The notes under the pieces: generated by a model
Database searches by the model: none
Seen by the model: only the letters and a program-made list of their open reading frames with translations
What the model was told of the DNA's origin: nothing
Origin: Eledone cirrhosa
Taxonomy: Eukaryota
Reading direction: 5' to 3'
Length of the DNA: 64,000 bases
Assembly (NCBI GenBank): GCA_964016885.1
Contig: OZ024750.1
Location: forward strand, 28,148,001 to 28,212,000
Made by a program: the position numbers and the translations under genes
Part shown: positions 26,528 through 41,035 of the stretch, one piece after another
Position numbering within the stretch: position 1 is the stretch's first letter
Layout of the letters: every line of letters begins with the position of its first letter

Positions 26528-26774
26528 CAACAGCAACAACAACAGCAGTATCAGCAGCATTGAATAAGGCTGCAACATCTTCACTGTTTTTATTCAAATG
26601 TCTTTAACTAAGTGTTTCCTCTTTCAAGTTATTGGATGTTTTCACGTCACAACACGTTAAACTTCAGTACTGAAAGAAACAAGGGAGGGAACTCCCTTCT
26701 ATTTAATACGTCATCAACATATAAACACGTTGTTTTAAATATTGGGATTTCCCACCAGCAGAAATGTACATACT

Positions 26775-28290
26775 GATGTGTGTATGTTATCTAGGTGTGT
26801 GTATGTGTGTGTGTTATCTAGGTGTGTGTGTATGTGTGTGTGTTATCTAGGTGTGTGTGTATATGTGTGTGTGTGTGTATGTGTGTGTGTTATCTAGGTG
26901 TGTATATATGTGTGTGTGTGTGTGTGTTATCTATGTGTGTGTGTTATCTAGGTGTGTGTATGTGTGTCTGTGTGTGTTATCTAGGTTTGTGTATGTGTAT
27001 GTGTGTGTTTGAGGATGTGTGTGCGTGTGTGTGTGTGTGAGTTTGAACGCGTAACAGTCTGTAAGAATGTAAGTGTGTGTGTATGTGTGTGTGTATGTAT
27101 GTATGTGTGTGTGTATGTATGTATGTGTGTCTTTCTGCGTGTGTCTCTGTATGAGACAGCGTGTGTGTCTGTATGTATGTATATGTATGCGTGTATGTAT
27201 GTCTATGTATGTTTATATCTTTGCATGTATGTATGTCTATGTGTGTCTATATGTATGTGTGTATGTATATTTATGTATGTCTAGTCTATATGTATGCGTG
27301 TATGTATGTCTATGTATGTCTAGTCTATATGTATGTGTGTATGTATATTTATGTATGTCTAGTCTATATGTATGTGTGTATGTATATTTATGTATGTCTA
27401 GTCTATATGTATGTGTGTATGTATATTTATGTATGTCTAGTCTATATGCGAGTGTGTGTGCCGTTTATACTATCTATGTATGTATGTCTTTGTTTGTATG
27501 TCTATGTTTATCTATATGTATGTGTCCATGTATGTCTATGTATGTGTTTATGTATGTCTATATGTATGTATGTCTATGTATGTCTATATGTATGTGTCTA
27601 TGTATGTATGTCTATGTATGTGTCTATGTATGTCTATGTATGTGTCTATGTATGTCTATATGTATGTGTCTATGTATGTCTATGTATGGCTATATGTATG
27701 TGTCTATGTATGTCTATGTATGTGTATGTATATCTATGTATGTGTCTATGTATGTCTATATGTATGTGTATGTATGGCTATATGTATGTGTCTATGTATG
27801 TCTATGTAAGTATGTCTATGTATATCTATGTATGTCTATGTATATCTATGTATGTATGTCTATGTATGTCTATGTATGTCTATATGTATGTGTCTATGTA
27901 TGTCTATATATGTCTATATGTATGTCTATGTAAGTATGTCTATATGTATGTCTATGTATGTCTATGTATGTCTATGTATATCTATGTATGTCTATGTATA
28001 TCTATGTATGTATGTCTATGTATGTCTATGTATGACTATATGTATGTCTATATGTATGTGTCTATGTATGTCTATATATGTCTATATGTATGTCTATGTA
28101 AGTATGTCTATATGTATGTCTATGTATGTCTATGTATGTATATATGTATGTGTCTATATGTATGTCTATATGTATGTGTCTATATGTATGTGTCTATATG
28201 TATGTCTATATGTATGTCTATATGTATGTGTCTATGTATGTCTATATGTATGTGTCTATGTATGTCTATATGTATATGTGTATGTGTCGT
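26775..28290. repeat. Degenerate (TATG/TATGTC)n simple repeat
   Basis: Direct observation. Confidence 0.9.
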
Positions 28291-28429
28291 TTACACTACT
28301 ATAATAACAGTTTAGCTGTCAAAGCTATCTTAACGTAGCTTATAAATCACTGTCTCATATATCATGTTGTTACATGAATAATCAGCGCAAGGTCAGCTTT
28401 TCCTTTCATCTTTCCTCGGTCAATAAAGT

Positions 28430-28971
28430 AGCACTGTTGGTACCTGGTCTAGGGGGTTAACGTGTTACACCTACACCCATAGAGTCGTCGGTTCGATTCC
28501 TGGGAGCGGTGTGGTACTTTTAGGCTTGGTTCTTGAGCAAAACACTTTTTTTGTTTTTTTTTCATGTTACTTCAGCAACTAGGAGTCAACCCTGTAATGG
28601 ACTGGCGTCTTGTCCAGGTATGATTGTTGTACTCTTTTCATATATGAAAAGAGTTAGGACCCCGACAGACGGCTGAACTCGGGCCGTTTCGACAGCTAGG
28701 CCTGAATGCTGTTCAGACCTAGCTGTCGAAACGGCCCGAGCTCAGCCGTCGGGGTCCTAACTCTTTTCATATATATATATATATATGAAAAGAGTACAAG
28801 AATCACACCTGGACAAAACGCCAGTCCATATATATATATATATAGTCCAGAATTAGCCGTCGAAACGGCTTGAGCTCTGCCGTCGGGGTCATACTTGTTC
28901 CTATTACCCACTCTACTACCCTAAGTATGGTGCGTTATGCTCCATCTGGTTCCTTACCACATTTCCTTCGT

Positions 28972-29002
<31 letters not shown>

Positions 29003-29240
29003 ATGTGTGTGTGTGTGTGTGTGTGTACTCATAGCGTCGTCGGTTCGATTCCTGGGAGCGGTGTGGTACTTTTTGGCTTGGTTCTTGAGCAAAAAAAAAT
29101 CTTTTTTTTTCATGTTACTTCAGCAACTAGGAGTCAACCCTGCGATGGACTGGCGTCTTGTCCAGGTGTGATTCTTGTACTCTTATTCTTTTAACGCCGA
29201 GGAAAGCGGGTTAAACTTTGGTCATGTTGACACTGAAGAA
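28430..29240 (+). mobile_element. tRNA-derived SINE (family 2), partly duplicated around family A insertions
   Basis: B box GGTTCGATTCC and core CCCTGYRATGGACTGGCGTC occur at both 28478-28640 and 29029-29185. Family A pieces lie at 28640-28770 and 28843-28975. Confidence 0.75.
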
Positions 29241-29463
29241 TGTGCCGTAATACGTGACATCCCAAATGAGGAGCTTTCCCCCGCGGTATTTAATTAAGAA
29301 ATTGCTATTGTTATTCTCCTGGTTGGTGAATGTTCTCTGTCAAGTTTAGATTCCCCGAACCACGGTCTATATCACTACGGAGCCCTTACGATTCCACCAG
29401 GAATAAAGAGTTCATACATATAGGGGGAACAAATACATGTGTTGGTATTAAATATGTAGAAGT

Positions 29464-29867
29464 GGATTGGCAGTATCGATAGAGGGTCGGACGCCATGCT
29501 TTGCAGCATGGATTTATGGCCCTTTATTGTCTGAGTTCAAATCCCGCCGAGGTTAACTTTGCCGTTCATCCTTACGGGGTCGATAAAATAAAGTACCAGT
29601 AATACACTGGGATAATTGCTGGCCTTATGCTAAAAGTAGGAACAATTAAATATGTAGAAGTATATTTCCATATAATCAATAATTGTTTCTACTTTTGGCA
29701 CAAGGCCAGCAATTATCCCAATGCATTACTGGTACTTTATTTTATCGACCGCGTAAGGATGAAAGGCAAAGTTAACATCGGCGGGATTTGAACTCAGATC
29801 ATAAATGGCCGTAACTCTATGCTGCAAAGCATGCTGTTCAACCCTCTACCGATACTGTCAATCCACC
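29464..29867. mobile_element. Two SINE family 1 copies, tail to tail
   Basis: Plus copy 29464-29646 with 17-bp TSD ATTAAATATGTAGAAGT; minus copy 29680-29867. Confidence 0.88.
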
Positions 29868-30002
29868 AATGATTCCTGATTTACGCACAATGTCAACGAT
29901 TTGAGGAGAGGGGAAAGTCGATTAAATCGACCCTGGTGTATTACTGGTGTTTTATTTAAAGTACGTACATACACACACACACACACACATACTAGAAGTA
30001 TG

Positions 30003-30034
<32 letters not shown>

Positions 30035-30227
30035 AGTGAAAGAGTGAAGAATAATGGTCGGCTGTATAAAAAGGGTTTTATTTCTAGTAATAACAATTGT
30101 TTCATTGATCAGGTGAGTCTAAAGGCCGCTGATCACTCGAAATTGCGTCACTCGATCTTAAATACAGTGTGTCTCTGATCAAATCATCTGAATATATATA
30201 TATATATTTATATATATATGTGTGTGT

Positions 30228-30392
<165 letters not shown>

Positions 30393-30627
30393 TGTGTGTG
30401 TGTTTGGTGTGTGTGTGCATACTTCTAGTTAGTTTCTCAGCTTAATATATGACAAAGTCATTTTTGGTATATCGTTTAAATTTGTAAAAAAATTATGCTC
30501 TGAGTTTAATGTTCATTGAGTTTTCTTTGTTGAGTAACATAATCAATATATATTTTATATGTATATATTTAACCTAATTATAATATATATACGAATATGT
30601 GTGTATGTATGAATGTATATATATTAT

Positions 30628-31235
30628 GTCAGGTCACCAGTTGGTGCTACTGGTAACATGTATCCCAGTACAACCTGTCTCATGGTCGGGTCGTTGGCGA
30701 CTAAACTGGCAACCCCACCAAGGTTTTTTGGTGAGGAGGGTGACTTTGGACATCCTGCAGGACTAAAAACAAAACCTGTCAAAGGGCAAAGGAGCTCTTA
30801 AGAGTCAATGGCCATCCAAAATCACCGGGAGAGATAACCCCTTAGCCTTTGTCAAGGCAGAATTCTAGGAGAAGGAAAACTCTGATATAACACCTGCAAC
30901 TCTGATGGTATCCAATGATGTTGACTTGTTCTTCTTTTTGGTAAATATCATCTTGGTTAAGAGAGTGGGACTGGCTTTGTGCAGTGCCTTTGCTCACTAT
31001 AAAAGCTTCACGGCACAGGCATTGCTTTGTATCTGGAGATCTCTCTGCACTTGTCATCACATGGTACCAAGGGCCCAGCACTATGTGTCAATAATTGTCA
31101 CAAGTGTAGTGTTTGTACCAGAGTTTTCAAGTCACTGGCTGGACTAAAAAGTCACACTTGTTTAGCGCATCGGTAGGCGTTCTCCTACATGGATATAAAG
31201 TAGTGGCCGTACTCGAAAACGAGTTGGCAGCCACC
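30628..31235 (+). mobile_element. ~600-bp interspersed repeat, sister of 12310-12908
   Basis: Near identity to the inverted copy; ends GAGTTGGCAGCCACC followed by simple repeat. Confidence 0.7.
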
Positions 31236-31261
31236 ATATATATATATATACATTCATACAT

Positions 31262-31334
<73 letters not shown>

Positions 31335-31449
31335 GGATCTTTACAACTTGTAAAAAAATTGATGTTAGCAAAGCGTCTGCTTTCTCTATTTTGGATTATC
31401 AAAACATTTGTTTATCTATCTATCTATCTATATGTGTGTGTGTGTGTGT

Positions 31450-31502
<53 letters not shown>

Positions 31503-31984
31503 TGTGTGTGCGTGTGTGTGTGCGTGTGTGTGTGTGTGTATAATATATATATATATGTATTTATATGTGTGTGTGTGTGTGTATAATATATATATATATG
31601 TATTTATATGTGTGTGTGTGTATATATATACATATATATGTGTGTGTATATATATATATAAATATATATATATATACTTTTGGGTGTGCATATGCAATGA
31701 ATGTCGCGAATATCGAGATATTGATTTATCTAAATATATCAAACACAATAAACATTTGTGTCACAGCTGTTGATTGTATTTTATTTAAACTGTTTTGTGG
31801 GCGTGTGTTGATCTAATTTCATGTTTGAAAGTGTTTACATATCACTGTGTTGGCATCATCTGGTCGTACGACCTGATCTGGAATCTATGCCAGTTCATAC
31901 ATGCGTATAATTAATATCGATTTCACTTTCACTTCTTTACGTATCTCCATTTCAACAATGATCCGATAGTCATATGATAAAACG

Positions 31985-32750
31985 TGTCAGAGTTTCCTGT
32001 CATTTATGCAAGGCCTGGTTTCCAATTGTCTCTATAGGACCAGGTATACATTTTATCTATGAAGGGCCAAGGTTTCATTTCGTCTCTGCAAGGCCAGGAT
32101 TTCCTTCTGTCTATGAAAAGCCAGGGTTTCCTTTTGTCTGAGCAAAGCAAGAGTTTCCTCTTGTCTCTGCAGGGCCATGGTTTCCAATTGTCTCTTCAGA
32201 ACCAGGTCTACCATTTATCTATGAAGGGCCAAGGTTTCATTTCGTCTCTGCAAGGCCAGGATTTCCTTTTGTCTATGAAAAGCCAGGGTTTCCTTTTGTC
32301 TGAGCAAAGCAAGAGTTTCCTCTTGTCTCTGCAGGGCCATGGTTTCCAATTGTCTCTTCAGAACCAGGTCTACCATTTATCTATGAAGGGCCAAGGTTTC
32401 ATTTCGTCTCTGCAAGGCCAGGATTTCCTTTTGTCTATGAAAAGCCAGGGTTTCCTTTTGTCTGAGCAAAGCAAGAGTTTCCTCTTGTCTCTGCAGGGCC
32501 ATGGTTTCCAATTGTCTCTTCAGAACCAGGTCTACCATTTATCTATGAAGGGCCAAGGTTTAATTTCGTCTCTGCAAAGTCAGGGTTTGGTTTGTCTTTG
32601 CAGGACTAGGTCTACCTTTTGTCTATGAAGGGCCAAGGTTTTATTTCGTTTCTGAAACGCCAGGGTTTCCTCTTTTCTAGGAAAAAGCCAGGCAAGAGTT
32701 TCCTCTTGTTTCTGCAAGGCCAGGGAATCCTTTGTCACTGCAGGACCATG
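31985..32750. repeat. 162-bp higher-order repeat made of six 27-bp subunits
   Basis: ATGAAGGGCCAAGG recurs at 32059, 32221, 32383 and 32545; internal 27-bp period TGTCTCTGCARGGCCAGGGTTTCC. Confidence 0.92.
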
Positions 32751-33321
32751 ACTCTCCCCGTGTTATGTATTATTGAACCGTAAATTGTTTTATTTGTCCA
32801 TCACTTTCCAATGTACATGTTAGTTATCGTTCGGTCGCTGACTCTTCACTCGTTATTTTTTCTATGCTGTGTTTTACGTTTATAGTCCTCCTCTCTTTGT
32901 CGCTAAACGTCATTCATGTTTAAGTTGTTGATTTGCTAAAGGTTGTTTAAAATTATATTATTTTCCATCCGGGTTCGCTAAACATTGTTTTGTATTTTTC
33001 GGTAGCAGGTGCACTTTATATCTAATATCTCTAAACTATCGTACTTTTCTGTAAACTAATTTGTTGTGCTGCTCCGCTGGCGTTGCCACTGTGCCCTCAC
33101 CGCGATCTTACAACATCTTGTGTAGCCTTATTGAGGTTTTAGCATGTTTGAGGCCGTGGGACCATTTTAAAAGTCATTCTTTTGTCTTCTACGTCATATT
33201 ACTTTATTTCTATCTCTTGAGCAAACAAATATTTTTCATAGTTATTTAACATCTTTTGTGGTCCACTGCGGATATAGCACCGAAACGCTTATATATGTAG
33301 TAACACTATCTATAATTACCC

Positions 33322-33428
<107 letters not shown>

Positions 33429-33487
33429 GTGTTGATTTAAAACTTCACTGCTCACAAGTGTTTTTTAACCTTCATATCATGTCTCCC

Positions 33488-33558
33488 TATTTTATCTGAT
33501 GAGAACGCAGATATCATCCCATGATGATATTTGTTTTTGAAATGCGCATAATAAAATA
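33488..33558 (+). ncRNA. Type I hammerhead (GCGC-loop family), intact core
   Basis: tattttat-CTGATGA-helix II-GAAA-T(GCGC)-ATA-ataaaata, with an 8-bp helix I. Confidence 0.78.
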
Positions 33559-33586
33559 CTTGGAACTCTTTTAACCATCTTTTGAT

Positions 33587-33699
<113 letters not shown>

Positions 33700-33749
33700 A
33701 TATATTAACAAATATAAACTATATTTATAAAACCATATTTATTTCATTT

Positions 33750-33812
33750 ATTTCAATATACAAATTTCAAGGACACCAAAGCAAATTATGGTGCGCTTTC
33801 ATCAGATAAAAT
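33750..33812 (-). ncRNA. Type I hammerhead motif
   Basis: attttat-CTGATGA-aagcgcacca..tggtgtcctt-GAAA-T(TTGT)-ATA-ttgaaat. Confidence 0.6.
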
Positions 33813-33981
33813 ATAATATAGATCAGTTTTATAAACAAATATTGACATACCCTTAAAGAATGCGACCATGTCGGTTGCAAGCTCCCGGATATTGTATTTT
33901 TACTCCCAAAATTTGTTGAGTGCTTTATATCAGTTATAAAAATATTTGCTTGTTGTATCCCAACAAATTAAATATAACCTC

Positions 33982-34037
<56 letters not shown>

Positions 34038-34116
34038 GAGAGAGAGAGGCAGTTTTCCAAACCATTGCGATTATAGAATGATTTTAAACTATTCTGTTAG
34101 TGTGTGTGAGTGTGTG

Positions 34117-34173
<57 letters not shown>

Positions 34174-34939
34174 TGTGTGTCTGTGTGTCTGTGTGTGTGT
34201 GTACATTTGTGGTTGTGTATAGTAGAGACACAAAGAAACCTAAAAACTAAACTAATTTAGAGTCAATAGAATAGTTAAAACAGTGAAGGAGGGGGGGTGG
34301 GGGGGGGGGGGGTAGTAGTTGTGGTGGTGGCGGCGGCGGCGGTGACGATGGTGGTGGCGGTATCTTTGGCGGAGGGGGGCGGGGGGATTGTGGTAGTAGT
34401 GGTGGTAGTGGTGATAGTGATGGTGGTTGTGGTGGTGGTCGTGGTGGCGGCGGTGGTTGTGTGGTGGCGGTATTGGTAGCGGGGACTTTGGCGGGGGAAG
34501 GGGCGTAGTGGTGGTGGTGGGGGGTAATAGTGATGGTAGTGATGGGGTAGTGGTTGTCGTGGTGGTGGTGGTGGTCGTGGTTGTGCTGATGGCGGGGGAA
34601 GCTACAGTGAGGGGGTGGGGGGGCCTGATGTAACAAAGGAAAGAGGAAAAGTAAGAAATAGTAGAAAGATAAAAGGTTCACAAAGAGGAAGAGGAAGCAG
34701 GAGAAATAGGGAAGTGAGAAATAGGGGAGAGGGAGGAATAGAGAGAGAGAGAGAGAGAGGAGGAGGAGAGAGGAGTAGAGAGAGAAAAAAGGGGAGGGAA
34801 AGTTATGGAGGTACATAAAAAAATCATGAGAGTGTGAGGAGCGGAGAGAGAGTAAAGCGGAGAGAGAGAGAGATAATGGGAGAGAAAGAAGAGAGAGGGT
34901 GAGGGGAGAAAGAGAAGAGAGAGTGAGGAGCGGAGAGAG

Positions 34940-35236
34940 AGAGAGAGAGGGTAAGAGAGAGGAAGGGGAAGAGGTCTAAAAAGACCAGAGAGATACGGAG
35001 AGAAAGGAGAGAGAGAGAAAGAAAGTGAAGAGAGAGAGAGAGAGAGAGAGAGGGGGGTAAGAGAGAGGAAGGGGAAGAGGTCTAAAAAGACCAGAGAGAT
35101 ACGGAGAGAAAGGAGAGAGAGAGAAAGAAAGTGAAGAGAGAGAGAGAGAGAGAGAGGGGGGTAAGAGAGAGGAAGGGGAAGAGGTCTAAAAAGACCAGAG
35201 AGATACGGAGAGAAAGGAGAGAGAGAGAAAGAAAGT

Positions 35237-35289
<53 letters not shown>

Positions 35290-35491
35290 GAGAGTGTGTG
35301 TGTGTGTGTGGGTAAGAGAGAGGAAGGGGAAGAGGTCTAAAAAGACCAGAGAGATACGGAGAGAAAGGAGAGAGAGAGAAAGAAAGTGAAGAGAGAGAGA
35401 GAGAGAGAGAGGGGGGTAAGAGAGAGGAAGGGGAAGAGGTCTAAAAAGACCAGAGAGATACGGAGAGAAAGGAGAGAGAGAGAAAGAAAGT

Positions 35492-35542
<51 letters not shown>

Positions 35543-35771
35543 GAGAGTGTGTGTGTGTGTGTGGGTAAGAGAGAGGAAGGGGAAGAGGTCTAAAAAGACC
35601 CCAGAGAGATAGAGAGAGAAACGAGAGAGAGAGAAAGAAAGTGAGGAGAGAGAGAGAGAGAGAGAGAGTGTGTGTGTGTGTGGGTAAGAGAGAGAGAGAG
35701 AGAGAGAGAGTATGTGGGTAAGAGAGAGGAAGGGGAAGAGGTCTAAAAAGACCAGAGAGATACGGAGAGAA

Positions 35772-35824
<53 letters not shown>

Positions 35825-36195
35825 TGTGTGTGTGTGGGTAAGAGAGAGGAAGGGGAAGAGGTCTAAAAAGACCCCAGAGAGATAGAGAGAGAAATGAGAG
35901 AGAGAGAAAGAAAGTGGGGAGAGAGAGAGAGAGAGAGAGTGTGTGGGTAAGAGAGAGAGAGAGAGAGAGAGAGAGTGTGTGGGTAAGAGAGAGAGAGAGA
36001 GAGAGAGTATGTGGGTAAGAGAGAGGAAGGGGAAGAGGTCTAAAAAGACCCCAGAGAGATACGGAGAGAAAGGAGAGAGAGAGAAAGAAAGTGAGGAGAG
36101 AGAGAGAGAGAGAGAGAGTGTGTGTGGGTAAGAGAGAGAGAGAGAGAGGAAGGGGAAGAGGTCTAAAAAGACCAGAGAGCTAGGGAGAGAAAGGT
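34940..36195. repeat. GA-rich compound minisatellite
   Basis: Core GGAAGGGGAAGAGGTCTAAAAAGACC repeated about 10 times with variable (GA)n/(GT)n spacers. Confidence 0.92.
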
Positions 36196-36369
36196 AGGGG
36201 TGAAAAGCTGCTTATCAAATGTATTGTATTAAAATTAGTTGATTTTGATAGTTAATCGCCATCTGCGGATGAAACATTAATCTTTGTATGATTTTAGCGT
36301 TTGAGAGAACAATGCCCTGTGTAGAGAATGTTTCATTTAATATTGCGTGAAAGTTAACCAATCGGAGCT

Positions 36370-36940
36370 TTCAGCTTGGTATAGACAGCATTGATCAGCT
36401 CCCTGTTAATATTAGAATGAAAATATAAACAAAACCCTTTATTTTAGCTTGGTTTAGACAGCATTGATCAGCCCCCTTTAATATTACTGAGCTACTAGAA
36501 TGAAAATATAAACAAAACCCTTTATTTTAGCTTGATTTAGAAGGCATTGATCAGCCCCCTTTAATATTACTGAGCTACTAGAATGAAAATATAAACAAAA
36601 CCCTTTATTTTAGCTTGGTTTAGACAGCATTGATCAGCCCCCTTTAATATTACTGAGCTACTAGAATGAAAATATAAACAAAACCCTTTATTTTAGCTTG
36701 GTTTAGACAGCATTGATCAGCCCCCTTTAATATTACTGAGCTACTAGAATGAAAATATAAACAAAACCCTTTATTTTAGCTTGATTTAGAAGGCATTGAT
36801 CAGCCCCCTTTAATATTACTGAGCTACTAGAATGAAAATATAAACAAAACCCTTTATTTTAGCTTGATTTAGAAGGCATTGATCAGCCCCTTTTAATATT
36901 ACTGAGCTACTAGAATGGAAATATAAACAAAGCCCTTTAT
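36370..36940. repeat. 83-bp tandem repeat, about 7 copies
   Basis: TAGCTTG at 36445, 36528, 36611 and onward. Confidence 0.95.
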
Positions 36941-37264
36941 GTGTGTGCGCGTGTTTCCAGGAAACGTATATTTAACACTACATTATGTATCAACCTTTGT
37001 TATCATTTTTTAAAGGCTTAAGATGATATTTTAAGGAAATTTTACTGCTATCTCTAATTGCTATTTTAAAATGTATATCTTTCTCTCTCGTAGTCTCACA
37101 TAATCTAGTGTGACTTAGTGTTAATGAATGTTTTTCTCCCAATTAACTACAGCTAAATAATGAAGAAACCCCATCGAAGAGGTTTTTCTCTTTCATGTGA
37201 CTATAAATCAAATGTACTGGCACAACCATGTCCGTAGATATTGTAGAATATTATTGACAGTTTG

Positions 37265-37418
37265 TGGATTTGACGCATAGAGTTTCGGCCCTTGCCATTC
37301 TGAGTTCAAATCCCTCCGAGGTTAACTTTGCTTTTCATCCTCACGGGGTCGATAAAATAAAGTACCAGTAATGCACTGGGTTATTGCTGGCCTTGTGCCA
37401 AAAGTAGAAACAATTATT
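37265..37418 (+). mobile_element. SINE family 1, internally deleted head
   Basis: B box and full 3' part; TSD TATTGACAGT. Confidence 0.8.
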
Positions 37419-37486
37419 GACAGTCAAGGTGTGTTCCCTTCCGAACCCTCTTTGGGGGTCTCGGGATACGCAATATTTGTACGTCT

Positions 37487-37915
37487 ATCCCACACCTCCC
37501 AGGACAGGTCGCTGACTCATCGCAGTGCCATTGGGTAAACCTTGCCCTGGTTCTCATCCCACGCTTCCCAGGATAGGTTGCTAGTCCCTCGCAGTGCTAC
37601 TGGGTAAACCTTGCTCTGGTTCTCATCCCACGCCACCCAGGATAGGTTGCTAGTCCCTCGCAGTGCTACTGGGTAAACCTTGCTCTGGTTCTCATCCCAC
37701 GCCTCCCAGGATAGGTTGCTAGTCCCTCGCAGTGCTACTGGGTAAACCTTGCTCTGGTTCTCATCCCACGCATCCCAGGATAGGTTGCTAGTCCCTCGCA
37801 GTGCTACTGGGTAAAACTTGCTCTGGTTCTCATCCCACGCTTCCCAGGATAGGTTGCTAGTCCCTCGCAGTGCTACTGGGTAAACCTTGCTCTGGTTCTC
37901 ATCCCACGCCTCCCA
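37487..37915. repeat. 70-bp tandem repeat, about 6 copies
   Basis: Unit TCCCACGCNTCCCAGGATAGGTTGCTAGTCCCTCGCAGTGCTACTGGGTAAACCTTGCTCTGGTTCTCA. Confidence 0.95.
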
Positions 37916-38442
37916 TTTGCTTTGCTAAGGACTTGGCTAATGTAGGGGTCGAAGGGCCGTTATAGTATGCAAAAGAGTGTGTCAGGTAACCAGTGGTTAT
38001 AGATTGCTGTGAGACAGACTTTGGCACTGAATGCTCATATTTGAAGCAGTAACAACATACCATAGCCACTAACCAAATTAGGTCTTACGTGAGTTTAAAG
38101 AAGATTAGTAACAACACATCAAGACTGTAGTATTGTACGATCCCGAAGAAGAATTCTGGTCTTTAAGACACATATTTGACATTTTTATATGTGAAGTCAC
38201 TAATTGTTAAGCTTAGCATTTATAGACAATTTCAGAGTTTTCGAGGTGTGCTGTTAAACAGAAAGAATATATAAAGCAATACTTTGTCTTTAATAAGCCT
38301 AGCTACTGTCCTCAAAAGGTTACGTGATGAGAACTCTATATCAAACGTCAAACTAATATATCACCATTAGTGTTGTGTAATGTTCTCTTGTTACCTTTTC
38401 CTTGTTGACTTTTCTTATATGTATACATACATATATATTTTA

Positions 38443-38508
<66 letters not shown>

Positions 38509-38570
38509 CATATATATCTTATATCGCTATATATATATGTATATATACATATATATATATAGTAATATAC

Positions 38571-38672
38571 GAGGTTAACTTTGCCTTTCATCCTTACGGG
38601 GTCGATAAAATAAAGTACCAGTAATGCACTGGAATAATTGCTGGCCTTGTGCCAAAAGTAGAAACAAATATT
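38571..38672 (+). mobile_element. 5'-truncated SINE family 1
   Basis: GAGGTTAACTTTGCCTTTCATCC...GTAGAAACAA. Confidence 0.85.
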
Positions 38673-38699
38673 ACTATTACAGTTCATTTTTGTGAACCA

Positions 38700-38877
38700 A
38701 CAGTAATTTGACGTTACAATCCCGGGCTTGACGGCTGAGAGAAAAGAGTACTCAATACTGGGGTAGAGTTTTAATATTCTTTTTATTTAGGCTGTTACTC
38801 AGGAGTTTCGCTTGTTTATCACAGTGTCGAAACTCCAGAGTAACACCATTCACTACTTAGCTTTAATAAAAAGAATA

Positions 38878-38880
<3 letters not shown>
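38700..38880 (-). mobile_element. Fold-back element with half-hammerhead and conserved tail box
   Basis: GAAAC-TCCWGA-GTA on both arms; minus-strand tail AACTCTACCCCAGTATTGAGTAC. Confidence 0.55.
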
Positions 38881-38959
<79 letters not shown>

Positions 38960-39503
38960 GAAGAGAGAAGAAACATTTAGATATAATTAGTAATAAAATG
39001 TATCATACCTAAACTGTTCCTAAATTCCTCGACTACGTAGTTTCGTGGCATAAACAAAAACAATATATCAAAGATATAGAGTCCTTGCGAGGTCTGCCAA
39101 CTTATCAAGAGGATACCTCATTTTACTAGTCTCAAGAACGCGTCTACACGACGTGAGAAAGAATCCCAAAAGGCGGAGGGGGAGATAGTCACGCGATATA
39201 ACGGTCGAGAAACAGAGCTAAGCCTCTTATAACCACGAAGAAAATACCACGGAGGCGGAGGGGGTATTCATATCGAGGCCGTAGAAGAGGTAGTGAAGAA
39301 GGCGAGAAGTATGAGTAATGGAAGCTTTCCAGTTGTCCCCACACTTCAAAGATTGCTCGACCAGAGGGAGTTATTGGTCTGAATTGGTCTGTCCCAGTCA
39401 TTCATTGAGCAACATCGGTGAAGTTGGCACCCTTAACTCACAGTTGGGTGCGGATGCATTCATGTATATATGTGTGTGTCCGCATGTATCTGTGTGTTTT
39501 TCA

Positions 39504-39589
<86 letters not shown>

Positions 39590-39590
<1 letters not shown>

Positions 39591-39714
39591 CAGAACAGAG
39601 GGTATGATAAGATACCAGGTGGACCATAACGCACGAGAGTACTCAATATTTAGGGTAGTAGAGTGGGTAATATGAAAAGAGTTACGACAAAGCCGTCGGG
39701 GTCCTAACTCATTT

Positions 39715-39720
<6 letters not shown>
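39590..39720 (-). mobile_element. Diverged family A element
   Basis: Tail and short hairpin ending GCCGTCGGGGTCCTAACTCATTTCCTATA. Confidence 0.7.
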
Positions 39721-39748
<28 letters not shown>

Positions 39749-40029
39749 GATAAACGTTGATTGCCAAATAAATTAACTATGGAGATATAAAAGAGACAGA
39801 AACGAAAACCAACCAAACAGTGAGTATGTTCTATTATTATTTTTTCTGGCAATAATATTACAAGATGATCCTCCCCAAGTATAACAATATATATATATAT
39901 ATGAATGTATGTATAATATATTTGGAAATATACCGTATGTTTAATTAAAAATATTTAGAAAACCATATGCTATCAGTTTTAAAGTAGTGACTATGTCACT
40001 CACTTCTTTTCGGCGAAAGAAGGGAGAGA

Positions 40030-40071
40030 AGCTGACAGTCTGTTTCACGCTGGTTGGCGTTCATCAGAGCC
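40030..40071 (-). ncRNA. Compact canonical type I hammerhead
   Basis: ggct-CTGATGA-ACGC(caacca)GCGT-GAAAC-AGACT-GTC-agct; all core nucleotides and three helices present. Confidence 0.8.
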
Positions 40072-40248
40072 ACGTAAAATTATAGAAGGTGGATTCTTAT
40101 AGAATTCCAGTAATAATCAGGAGCTGATTATACAGGGCGATTGCCGGTCCAGCAAAAATTAGATATTAGGATGGGTGCTCTGAAATAGCGATGTATACAT
40201 GAATGTATGTATAGTATATTTGGCAATATACCGTATGTTTACTTAAAA

Positions 40249-41035
<787 letters not shown>

